64,000 nt of DNA, taken from Gemmatimonadota bacterium (lineage in GTDB: Bacteria > Gemmatimonadota > Gemmatimonadetes > Longimicrobiales > RSA9). The notes beneath the pieces are model-generated. The model did not search any database, had not been told where the DNA came from, and saw only the letters and a list, made by a program, of their open reading frames with translations. Positions 55,772 through 64,000 of this stretch are shown here, piece by piece; the first letter of the stretch is position 1; the number at the start of each line of letters is the position of its first letter. The DNA lies in contig JBBDRO010000032.1 of the NCBI GenBank assembly GCA_040905425.1, forward strand, positions 63,726 through 127,725, read 5' to 3'. A program made the translations under genes and the position numbers.

Positions 55772-57108
55772 AGGTGCTGCACGTGGTCTACGGGTGGCGT
55801 CCGGACGCGATGGGCGGTACGGAGGTCTACGTGGCGGGCCTGGCCGCGGCACTCGCGAGGCTGGATGTAGCCTCCGTGATCGCGGCGCCCGGGGACGACA
55901 GTGAGGTAGAGAGCGATCAGGGGCCCCTGCAGGTATACCGCTACCGCGCGCCGCCGCCACGCCTGCAGGATCTGTACGGTCATGTGAACACCACCGCTGA
56001 CGAACACTTCGCGGCCATCGTGCGGACGGAGGCCCCGGATGTGGTGCACTTTCACGCGTTCAGCCCCGCAGTGACCCCCGTAATGGCCGCTGGCGCCGCA
56101 GAGCGCGGGGCGGTGGTCCTCACCTACCATACCCCCACCGTCACCTGCCAGCGCGGCTCGTTGCGGCGCTGGGGCCGGATCCCGTGCGATGGTGAGCTGC
56201 GGCCGCGCCGCTGTGCCGCATGCGCGCTGCAGGGAGGCGGGGCGCCCCTGCCGCTGGCGCTGCTGGCCGCATCCGCACCGGCTGTCCTGAGCCGGGCGGT
56301 CGACGCGGTCGGCCGCTCGGGGGGGGGCTGGACGGCGCTGCGCATGCCCGCGCTGCTGGAAGCACGTCGACGTGCGCTGAGAGCTTTCCTGGCCGCCGCG
56401 GACGCGGTCGTGGCCCCCGTTCCGTGGGCCGTGGACGTGCTGGTCCGCAACGGCGTACCCGCGGCGCGCATAAGCGTCATCTCGCAGGGCGTGCGGGATC
56501 ATGCGCTGGCCGTTGCGGATGACCGCGCCGCAGCGGGGCCGGCGCGGGCGCCCGACCATGCTGCGGAGCTGCGGATGGCGTTCCTCGGCCGCCTGGACCC
56601 ACTCAAGGGCGCACATGTGCTTGTCGAAGCGCTGGCCCGCGTGCCCCGCGCCGGAGTGACGCTCGATGTGTTCGGTCTACCTACGGGCGCCACGGACTAC
56701 GTGGAGCGGCTGAACGCCGCAGCGGCGGCGGACCCGCGCGTGCGGATGGCTCCGCCCGTCGGCGCGGACGGCGTCCTCTCGCTCCTCGGCGATTACGACC
56801 TGATTGTGGTTCCGTCCCAGGGTGCGGAGACGGGCCCGCTCGTGGTTCTGGAGGCGCAGGCCGCCGGTGTGCCGGTGCTGGGCAGTGCGGTGGGTGGCAT
56901 TGCCGATCGGGTGGAGGACGGCCGGGACGGTCGCCTCGTCGCGGACTTCCAGACCCCCGCGGCGTGGGCGCGGGCAATCGCCCATCTGGCAGCGGATCCA
57001 GCGCGGCTCGCACAGCTGCGCGCCGGCCAGCGCCCCCCGCCCACGATGACCGACGCGGCGGCGCGCATGGCCGAGCTCTACCGCACCGTGCTGGCACGGA
57101 GGAACTGA
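55768..57108 (+). CDS. GT4 glycosyltransferase with Cys-containing insert
   Basis: GTGA overlap; MGGTEVY; GRLDPLKG; ETGPLVVLEA (EX7E); TCQ...PCDG...RCAAC insert. Confidence 0.9.
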   Translation: MKVLHVVYGWRPDAMGGTEVYVAGLAAALARLDVASVIAAPGDDSEVESDQGPLQVYRYRAPPPRLQDLYGHVNTTADEHFAAIVRTEAPDVVHFHAFSPAVTPVMAAGAAERGAVVLTYHTPTVTCQRGSLRRWGRIPCDGELRPRRCAACALQGGGAPLPLALLAASAPAVLSRAVDAVGRSGGGWTALRMPALLEARRRALRAFLAAADAVVAPVPWAVDVLVRNGVPAARISVISQGVRDHALAVADDRAAAGPARAPDHAAELRMAFLGRLDPLKGAHVLVEALARVPRAGVTLDVFGLPTGATDYVERLNAAAAADPRVRMAPPVGADGVLSLLGDYDLIVVPSQGAETGPLVVLEAQAAGVPVLGSAVGGIADRVEDGRDGRLVADFQTPAAWARAIAHLAADPARLAQLRAGQRPPPTMTDAAARMAELYRTVLARRN

Positions 57109-58253
57109 TGCGTGTGCTCTTCCTCCAGTTTACCGATCCGGCGGCGCTGCCGCCGCTGCGGCGCGCCATGACCCTCCTGCTGGCACATGGTGCCGCCGTC
57201 GACGCGGTCGGCATCCGGCTTCACGGCGGCAAGGTGATGCCGCTTCTGGAGGATGATCGACTTTCGGTGCACCTCGTGGACCGTACGGCATCCGTGCGCC
57301 GCAATTACGCACGTTGGTTCCGCCGTACACTGGGCGTGGCGCGGGCCCGGCGCCCTGACTGGCTCTACGCGTCTGACCCGCTCTCCGCACCGGCCGCGCT
57401 GGCGCTGGCGCGCCTGCTTGCCGTCCCCGTCATCTACCATGAACACGACGCCCCGCAACGCTCCGGGCAAGGCGTGCTCGTCCGCCTGGCGGTCCGGGCG
57501 CGCGACATGCTCGCGCGCCGCGCCGAGCTCTGCGTCCTGCCGTCTGAGGAGCGGCGGCGCTCCCTGGCGGACCATCTGGATGGCCAGATCGCCGCCGTTA
57601 CGGCGTGGAACTGTCCGCTACGCACGGAGGTCGGGCCGCCGCGGGCCGCGCCGGACCGATCCCGCTTCCGCATCTGGTATCACGGTTCCCTGGTGCCTGA
57701 GCGACTGCCGCACGCCTTGCTCGAAGCGCTTGCCGTCCTGCCGGCCGAAGTGACATTCACGTTCGGTGGCTACGAGACCCAGGGAGCGTCGGGATTCACC
57801 GCCGACTTTCTGGCGCGCGCCGGGCGGATGGGTCTGGAAGGGCGGGTGTTCGCCACAGGCTTCCTGGACCTCGAGGAGCTGCGCGCGCGCATCGGCGAAG
57901 CCGATCTCGGCTGCGCCTTCGTGGATCCGACCGCCTCGGATACGAACCTGCATTCGTTGGCCGGCGCATCCAACAAGGTCTTCGAGTATCTCGCGGCCGG
58001 AGTGCCGGCGCTGGTTCCGCCGGGCGATGCGTGGCGCGCCCTGGTCGTCGGACCGGGCTACGGGGTGGCCGCGGCGGCGGAAGCGTCCGCCATCGCCGCC
58101 GCCGTGATGGGGCTGATGGACGATCGCCAGGCCACGTATGCCATGGGGGAGGCGGGGCGTCAGCGCATTCTGGCCGCGTGGAACTACGACACGCAGTTTG
58201 CGCCGGTCCTGCGCCGCATGCTGCCGAGCGCCGACGGGGTGGCCGCGCCATGA
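57108..58253 (+). CDS. GT4 glycosyltransferase
   Basis: TGATG overlap; YHEHD; ASNKVFEYLAAGVP. Confidence 0.88.
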   Translation: MRVLFLQFTDPAALPPLRRAMTLLLAHGAAVDAVGIRLHGGKVMPLLEDDRLSVHLVDRTASVRRNYARWFRRTLGVARARRPDWLYASDPLSAPAALALARLLAVPVIYHEHDAPQRSGQGVLVRLAVRARDMLARRAELCVLPSEERRRSLADHLDGQIAAVTAWNCPLRTEVGPPRAAPDRSRFRIWYHGSLVPERLPHALLEALAVLPAEVTFTFGGYETQGASGFTADFLARAGRMGLEGRVFATGFLDLEELRARIGEADLGCAFVDPTASDTNLHSLAGASNKVFEYLAAGVPALVPPGDAWRALVVGPGYGVAAAAEASAIAAAVMGLMDDRQATYAMGEAGRQRILAAWNYDTQFAPVLRRMLPSADGVAAP

Positions 58254-59242
58254 GCGCCCCCCGCGTGGTCATCGCCGGACAGGCGGGCGGGACCCACGTA
58301 GGCTCCAGTCTGCTCCGCGCGGCACACGAGCTGGGCATGGACGCGTGGCTCCTCGACGCGGCGCGTGCGTATGCCGGTCCGCGGCTGGTGCGCAGCATGG
58401 CCTGGCGCGTGGCACGGCGGGCGCCCCGCGGGCGCCGTTTCGGCGTGGAGCTCCTGCGCATGGTGAAGGAGCGCGCGGCCGACCTGGTGCTGGCAGTCGG
58501 GCTGGGTCCCATTGATTCGACGGTGCTGCGCGAGCTGGGTGAGCATGGCGTGCGCCGCGTGGCGTTCCTCACCGACGATCCGTGGAACCCGGCGCTCTGC
58601 GGACCCCGGTGGCGCAGGACTCTGCCGCAGTATGATCGGGTCTTCACCACGCGCACGGCCAATCTCGTGGATCTGCGCGCTGCGGGGTGCGGCCGGGTGA
58701 ACTGGCTGCCGTTCGGCTACGATCCCGTCCTGTTCCGGCCGCCCACCGAGCGGCCGGCGGAGGATCACGACGTGGTCTTTGCCGGCGGGGCCGACGCCGA
58801 TCGGGCGCCGGTGTTCGCGGCGTTGGCCGACGCGGGTTTCAGTGTGGCCCTCTATGGCGGGTACTGGAATCGGTTCCGTGGGACCCGCGCGCTGGCGCGG
58901 GGCCATGCGGAACCTGCCGCGTTGCCCGGCATTCTGGCGGCGGGCCGCGTGGCGCTGTGCCTGGTCCGGCGCGCCAACCGGGACGGCCATGCCATGCGTT
59001 CCCTGGAGCTGCCCGCCGTGGGTACGTGCATGCTCGTGGAGGACACCCCGGAGCATCGGGTGCTCCTGGGAGAGGACCGGGAAGCCGTGGTCTACTTCAG
59101 TGACGCGCCGTCCATGCGGGCACGTCTGACGGAGCTCCTGGAGGCTCCCGCCGAGCGCCGCCGACTGGCGGCGGCCGTGCACGCTCGGATCACCGCCGGC
59201 GGACACACGTATCGCCAGCGCCTGCTGGCCCTCGTGTCGTGA
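58250..59242 (+). CDS. CgeB/YkvP-like glycosyltransferase
   Basis: TDDPW, WLPFGYDP, NRDGHAMRSLE, GHTYRQR. Confidence 0.82.
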   Translation: MSAPRVVIAGQAGGTHVGSSLLRAAHELGMDAWLLDAARAYAGPRLVRSMAWRVARRAPRGRRFGVELLRMVKERAADLVLAVGLGPIDSTVLRELGEHGVRRVAFLTDDPWNPALCGPRWRRTLPQYDRVFTTRTANLVDLRAAGCGRVNWLPFGYDPVLFRPPTERPAEDHDVVFAGGADADRAPVFAALADAGFSVALYGGYWNRFRGTRALARGHAEPAALPGILAAGRVALCLVRRANRDGHAMRSLELPAVGTCMLVEDTPEHRVLLGEDREAVVYFSDAPSMRARLTELLEAPAERRRLAAAVHARITAGGHTYRQRLLALVS

Positions 59243-59249
59243 GGCGCCG

Positions 59250-60425
59250 TTGAGAATCGCCATCGTGGTGCATGGCCGCTTCCATGCATTCGATCTGGCG
59301 CGGGCGCTCCGCCGCCGTGGCCATGATGTGCTGGTGGTGACGAATCTGCCTCAGCGGCGCGCCGCCGCCTGGGACTTGCCGCGCGCCGCAATCCGTTCGC
59401 TGCCCGTGGAGGGTGCTATCAACGCCGTGGCGGCCCGGGCCGGCGCCAGTGTGTATGCCGCGCTCGACGCGCCCCTGCACCTCTGGTTCGGACGCTGGGC
59501 CGCGCGCCGCCTCCTGCCCGGCCCCTGGGACCTGGTGGTGGCCTTCAGTGGCGTGGCCGCCGAGACGCTCCTGCTGGCCCGCCGCCATGGCTGGCCGACG
59601 CTCTGCACGCGCAGCTCCGCCCATATTCGCGTGCAGGATCGCATCCTGGCCGAGGAGGAGGCGCGCACGGGCCGCCGCATACAGCGACCCACTCGCTGGA
59701 AGATCGAGCGCGAGGAGAGGGAGTACGGCCTGGCTACCGCGGTTCAGGTGCCGTCCACGTTCGTGCGGGGTACCTTCCAGGAGATGGGGGTGCCGCTGGA
59801 GCGCACGCTGCTCGTGCCGCTGGGCGTGGAGGTGGCGGACTTTCGAGCGTCGGCACAGGTGCTTGCCGCGCGGCTGGCCCGGATCGAGGAAGGCCAGCCG
59901 CTCCGGGTTCTTTGCGCGGGGAGTCTGTCTCTGCGGAAGGGTATGTATGACCTTGCCGCGGCTGTCCAGCGCCTGCCGGACGGAGTCTTCCAATTCCATC
60001 TGGTGGGTGACGTGACCCGTGCCGCCAGATCTTGGGTGGACGCAATGCGAGACCGCATCCGCATCACTTCTCGGGTCCCACAGGAAGAGTTGCCGGGAAT
60101 CTACGAGGAGGCTGATGTCCTGGTCCTGCCCACCCTGGAGGACGGCTTCGCGGTGGTGCTGGCGCAGGCGCTGGCCGCGGGCGTCCCGATCGTCACCACA
60201 CCCCATTCCGCCGGACCTGACCTGGTGGAGGAGGGGCGCACCGGCTGGATCGTCCCGGTCCGTGATCCCGAGGCGCTGGCGGCACGCTTGCTGGCGCTGC
60301 ACCATGACCGGCCACTGCTCGCGGCCGCCGTGCGGGCGTTGGCGGAACGTCCCGGGCTGCGCGATTGGGACGACATGGCCGCGGATTACGAACGATTCGC
60401 ACGTGCCATGAAGGAAAGCGGCTGA
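59250..60425 (+). CDS. GT4 glycosyltransferase
   Basis: TTG start; GSLSLRKG; VLPTLEDGFAVVLAQALAAGVP. Confidence 0.9.
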   Translation: MRIAIVVHGRFHAFDLARALRRRGHDVLVVTNLPQRRAAAWDLPRAAIRSLPVEGAINAVAARAGASVYAALDAPLHLWFGRWAARRLLPGPWDLVVAFSGVAAETLLLARRHGWPTLCTRSSAHIRVQDRILAEEEARTGRRIQRPTRWKIEREEREYGLATAVQVPSTFVRGTFQEMGVPLERTLLVPLGVEVADFRASAQVLAARLARIEEGQPLRVLCAGSLSLRKGMYDLAAAVQRLPDGVFQFHLVGDVTRAARSWVDAMRDRIRITSRVPQEELPGIYEEADVLVLPTLEDGFAVVLAQALAAGVPIVTTPHSAGPDLVEEGRTGWIVPVRDPEALAARLLALHHDRPLLAAAVRALAERPGLRDWDDMAADYERFARAMKESG

Positions 60426-61807
60426 TGCTGGACGCAGGGGAATGGATCGTTGTACTGGCAGTCTGGATCCTGCCGGTATTCATACTCATCGGTGCGGCAT
60501 GGGCCCAACCCGACCGTACGGCCGGGCTGCTCATTGCCTACGTGGCCAATCTGTGGCTGATCCACTGGCCAGCGGCCGGGATCCAGGCATTGCCCTGGAT
60601 GCACTCCCTGTCCCCCGTCGAGACGTTGGCGGGTTTCCAGTTGAGTCTGCTCGGCGTGTGGGCGTTCACAATCGGCGGGCTGATTTTGGCTCCGCTGACG
60701 CTCAGCCTCTTCGAATCCAGCCGGGCCGCGGCGGTAGCCCCCGCTCCCCGTGAGCCTTCCGCGCGCGTGCCCGGTCTCTATCTGGCCCTTGGTGTAATGG
60801 CGTTCCTTGCCCTGCCAATTGCCGGGGCGGTGATTCCGGGGATTGCGGCCGTAGGCTCGGGGGTGACCCTGCTGGTGGTGGTGGGTCTGGCACTGAAGGC
60901 GTGGACGGCCTATCACCATGGGAACACAGCCAGGCAGCTGTTGTGGCTCGGCGCCGGCGCCGTGCTGCCCCTCCTCACGCTCGTCAGCCGCGGATTCGTG
61001 AGCTTCGGAGCGGCCGCATTCATCTCGCTGGCGGCACTGACACTGGTCTATGTTCGCCCACGGTGGCGTCTGCTCGCCGGCATGCTGTTGGTCGGCTACG
61101 TGGGTTTTTCCTTCTATGTCACGTATATGCGGGATCGTGGCGCCATCCGCTCGGTGGTCTGGGGCGGCGGCGCCGTGGCCGAGCGTCTGGGCACGCTATC
61201 CAACCTGGCTACCGATTTCGAGTGGTTCGACCCCACGGACCTGACGCACCTGCGGCGTATCGATGCGCGCCTCAATCAGAACTTCCTGGTGGGGGCCTCG
61301 GTGGCGCACATGGAGGCGGGTCTGGCACATCCGGCCGTGGGCGAGACGCTGTGGCTGGCTGCGATCGCCGCCATCCCCCGCGCGATCTGGCCCGAGAAGC
61401 CCAGCGCCGGGGGCAGCGGTGACCTGGTCACGCGGTTCACCGGAATTCCCTTTGCCGAAGGCACCAGCGTGGGCATTGGCCAGGTGATGGAGTTCTACGT
61501 GAACTTCGGCGTGCCGGGGGTGGCGATCGGCTTTCTCCTCTTCGGATTGGCGCTGGGCGTTATCGACACCGTGGCGGGCAGGCGCCTGTGGCGGGGTGAC
61601 TGGGAAGGATACGCCGTGGTTCTCGTCGTGGGGTTGGCGACCATCCAGCCGGGGGGAGCCATCGTTGAGGTGGTAGCCAGCGCCTTCGGTGGACTCGTCG
61701 GCGTGCTGGCCATCAACCGTCTGGCCCTCCCCGCAATGCTGCGGTACCTGGAACCTGGTGCGGCGCCGGCGCGGGTCTCCGCGCCCGCCGCGGAGGAAGG
61801 AACGTGA
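60425..61807 (+). CDS. Polytopic membrane protein, Wzy/O-antigen polymerase-like
   Basis: About 10-11 TM segments, large periplasmic loop, IPRAIWPEKP and EFYVNFG motifs; embedded among GT genes. Confidence 0.65.
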   Translation: MLDAGEWIVVLAVWILPVFILIGAAWAQPDRTAGLLIAYVANLWLIHWPAAGIQALPWMHSLSPVETLAGFQLSLLGVWAFTIGGLILAPLTLSLFESSRAAAVAPAPREPSARVPGLYLALGVMAFLALPIAGAVIPGIAAVGSGVTLLVVVGLALKAWTAYHHGNTARQLLWLGAGAVLPLLTLVSRGFVSFGAAAFISLAALTLVYVRPRWRLLAGMLLVGYVGFSFYVTYMRDRGAIRSVVWGGGAVAERLGTLSNLATDFEWFDPTDLTHLRRIDARLNQNFLVGASVAHMEAGLAHPAVGETLWLAAIAAIPRAIWPEKPSAGGSGDLVTRFTGIPFAEGTSVGIGQVMEFYVNFGVPGVAIGFLLFGLALGVIDTVAGRRLWRGDWEGYAVVLVVGLATIQPGGAIVEVVASAFGGLVGVLAINRLALPAMLRYLEPGAAPARVSAPAAEEGT

Positions 61808-62937
61808 CGATCCGGCGGCTCGGACGGATCGTGGGCCTCTTCCCCGGGGAGCATGCAGGCGGCTGGGGCGGCATCCAGGTGAGTGGGATGGAGGCGTGGA
61901 GCGCGCTCCGGGAAGCGGCCCGCCAGGAAGGCGGTGAGGCGCGTAGCTTGTGGTATTCGCAAGGCGCTCTGCCCGCTGGCGTGGATCCCGGTCCTGACGC
62001 CGTCGTGGCGCATTCGCGCACGGTGTTGGCGGGCAGGGCGCTGGGCATGCGGGCCAGGGTCGACGTCGTGCTCTGCTGGCATCTCGGGCTCCTGCCCCTG
62101 CTGCCGCTGGTGGCTCCGGGGGCGCCGCTGGTGGTGCTCTATCTGCATGGGGTCGAGGCCTGGCAGCCAGGTTCCGTGCGCGCGCGCAGACGCCTTCGTG
62201 CGGTGGACCTGGTGCTGACCAACACGCGGCAGACCTGGAGGCGCGCCGCCGCCGTGAGGGCTGTGGTCGGAGACATCCGTCACCGCACGGTGCCCCTGGG
62301 CATCGGCGCCCCGCTGCAGGTGCCCACCCCACCCACTCTGCGTACTCCCGTGGCACTCATGCTGGGTCGCCTGGTGCGGGGTGAGGCGTACAAGGGCCAT
62401 CGCGAGATGATCCAGGTCTGGCCCCGGGTGGTGGAGCGCCTCCCGGAGGCGGAACTCTGGATTGCCGGAGACGGCGACCTGCGTCAGGAACTCCAGGCGC
62501 TGGCGGCCCGGGGGGAGGTACCGCAGCGTATCCGCTTCTGGGGCAGAGTGGATGAAGCCACGAAGGAACGCCTGCTCGAGCGGGCATGGTGCCTGGCGTT
62601 GCCCAGCCGGAACGAAGGCTTCGGACTGGTTTACGCCGAGGCCATGCGCGTCGGTCGCCCCTGCCTGGTGGGAACTTCCGACGGCGGGGTCGAGGTGGTG
62701 CAGCCCCCGCGCGCCGGGCTGGCTGCCGACCCCGCTGATGCCGAGGGCCTCGTGGAGGCCATGGTGGAGCTGCTGCGTGCGGGGCCGGCATGGGAGCGGC
62801 GCTCTGCGGCCGCCCGTCTGCGCTACGAGGCGCACTTCACCGCGGCCGCGTTTCATCGGCGACTCCTGGCCGTGCTGCGTGCGGCGCATGCGCGGCGGAC
62901 CCGCGAGGCACCGGACGCGGTGCGCGGCACCACATGA
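61804..62937 (+). CDS. GT4 glycosyltransferase
   Basis: GGIQ, LHGVEAW, GR...YKGH, EGFGLVYAEA. Confidence 0.9.
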   Translation: MTIRRLGRIVGLFPGEHAGGWGGIQVSGMEAWSALREAARQEGGEARSLWYSQGALPAGVDPGPDAVVAHSRTVLAGRALGMRARVDVVLCWHLGLLPLLPLVAPGAPLVVLYLHGVEAWQPGSVRARRRLRAVDLVLTNTRQTWRRAAAVRAVVGDIRHRTVPLGIGAPLQVPTPPTLRTPVALMLGRLVRGEAYKGHREMIQVWPRVVERLPEAELWIAGDGDLRQELQALAARGEVPQRIRFWGRVDEATKERLLERAWCLALPSRNEGFGLVYAEAMRVGRPCLVGTSDGGVEVVQPPRAGLAADPADAEGLVEAMVELLRAGPAWERRSAAARLRYEAHFTAAAFHRRLLAVLRAAHARRTREAPDAVRGTT

Positions 62938-64000
62938 TGCCGCCTCGCCTGCGCCTGCTCCATGTGATCGCCTCCGTCGGCCCGGTCCACGGTGGGCCCA
63001 GTCTCATGGTGCACGAGATGGCTGCCGGGTTGGTGGCCGCCGGACATCGGGCGGAGGTGGCCACCACCGATGACAACGGGGAGCGGCGGCTCGACGTGCC
63101 TCTAGATGGCGCTCTCGAGCGGGACGGCGTGGTCTACCGCCACTTCGAGCGCCAGTGGCGTGCGGGTACCTCGTCGCTGCCGCTGGCCCGCTGGCTGCGT
63201 GGCGCCGCGGGCAGCTACGACGTGCTGCACGTGCACGGGCTCTTTTCCCACCCCACCACCGCGGCGGCGCGGGCCGCGCAGCGTGCCCGGGTGCCGTATG
63301 TGGTCCGGCCTCTGGGGGCGCTACAGCCGTGGGGAATGGCCCAGGGCAGGCGGCACCTCAAGCGTTTCCTGTTGCGCTTCGTGGACGGTCCCTTGCTGGC
63401 CGCCGCCGCGGCGGTGCATTTCACCAGTGCCGAGGAACGGGACCAGGCTGCCGCCGCCGGTGTACCGGGGCGGCCAGTGGTGGTCCCGCTCGGCATTCGC
63501 CTGCCGCCGACTTCGAGCGCCTCCGGGCAATCCTGGCTGAGGGTTCGCCATCCGGACTGGACGGACCGCGTGATCGTGCTCTTCCTGTCGCGCATCCACC
63601 CCAAGAAGGGGTTGGACCTGCTGCTACCCGCTTTTGCCGACGTGCGGGCACGGCACCCGCGGGCGGCGCTGTTGCTGGCCGGTGACGGCGAGCCGGACTA
63701 CCTGCGTGCCCTGGCGGGGCGCGCCGCCGACCTGGGCGTGGCACGCCACGTACGCTTCGCGGGGCATCTCAGCGGCCCGGACAAGCAAGGCGCGTTCGCG
63801 GCCGCGGACCTGTTCGTGCTCCCCTCCCGCGCCGAGAACTTCGGCGTGGCGGCGGTCGAGGCGCTGGGCGCAGGCTGCCCGGTCCTCGTGAGCACCGCCG
63901 TGCCGCTGGCCGCGGCCGTGCGGGAGGCCCGTGCGGGGTGGGCAGCGGTCCCCGAGCGCGCGCAATTCACCGCCGCGTTGGACCGGGCGCTGGCCACGCC
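62934..64000 (+). CDS. GT4 glycosyltransferase (3' truncated by window edge)
   Basis: Own translation, absent from the ORF track: MMPPRLRLLHVIASVGPVHGGPS...ATTDDNG...HVHGLF...FLSRIHPKKGLDLL...ENFGVAAVEA. Confidence 0.9.
   Translation, partial: MMPPRLRLLHVIASVGPVHGGPSLMVHEMAAGLVAAGHRAEVATTDDNGERRLDVPLDGALERDGVVYRHFERQWRAGTSSLPLARWLRGAAGSYDVLHVHGLFSHPTTAAARAAQRARVPYVVRPLGALQPWGMAQGRRHLKRFLLRFVDGPLLAAAAAVHFTSAEERDQAAAAGVPGRPVVVPLGIRLPPTSSASGQSWLRVRHPDWTDRVIVLFLSRIHPKKGLDLLLPAFADVRARHPRAALLLAGDGEPDYLRALAGRAADLGVARHVRFAGHLSGPDKQGAFAAADLFVLPSRAENFGVAAVEALGAGCPVLVSTAVPLAAAVREARAGWAAVPERAQFTAALDRALAT

Overview
High-GC (~70%) bacterial chromosome segment. Gene content and style suggest Gemmatimonadota (Longimicrobiales-like); this is inference, not a database assignment. 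The first ~11 kb holds five related 6-bladed beta-propeller lipoproteins, three in a translationally coupled tandem array with near-identical 5' DNA and variable Cys-bounded loops. It also holds a YfbK-like VWA protein, an M28 peptidase and an exported peroxiredoxin-like protein that the ORF track splits at an in-frame TGA (UxxC plus a SECIS-like hairpin, so a probable selenoprotein). The middle is mostly housekeeping: rho, mqnA, mlaEFD plus a second MCE gene, lysC-asd, Nudix, AI-2E transporter, FNR, feoAB with a Fur-like box, trxB, PBP1A, SDRs, fumC, a DAACS symporter and nfo. Uncharacterised modules sit among them, including a small protein + stand-alone ~7TM protein + sensor-less histidine kinase, and a Met-rich mini-lipoprotein. 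An unannotated intergenic RNA at ~47.05-47.22 kb folds like 6S RNA, has its own promoter and terminator, and precedes a PTPS-II/folE/SDR/queD cluster (probable BH4 plus queuosine precursor synthesis). The last 12 kb is a surface-polysaccharide locus (asnB-like amidotransferase, wzm/wzt, glycosyltransferases, a Wzy-like protein) running off the window end. No rRNA, tRNA, transposase, integrase or CRISPR array was recognised. All calls come from reading the sequence; no searches were run.
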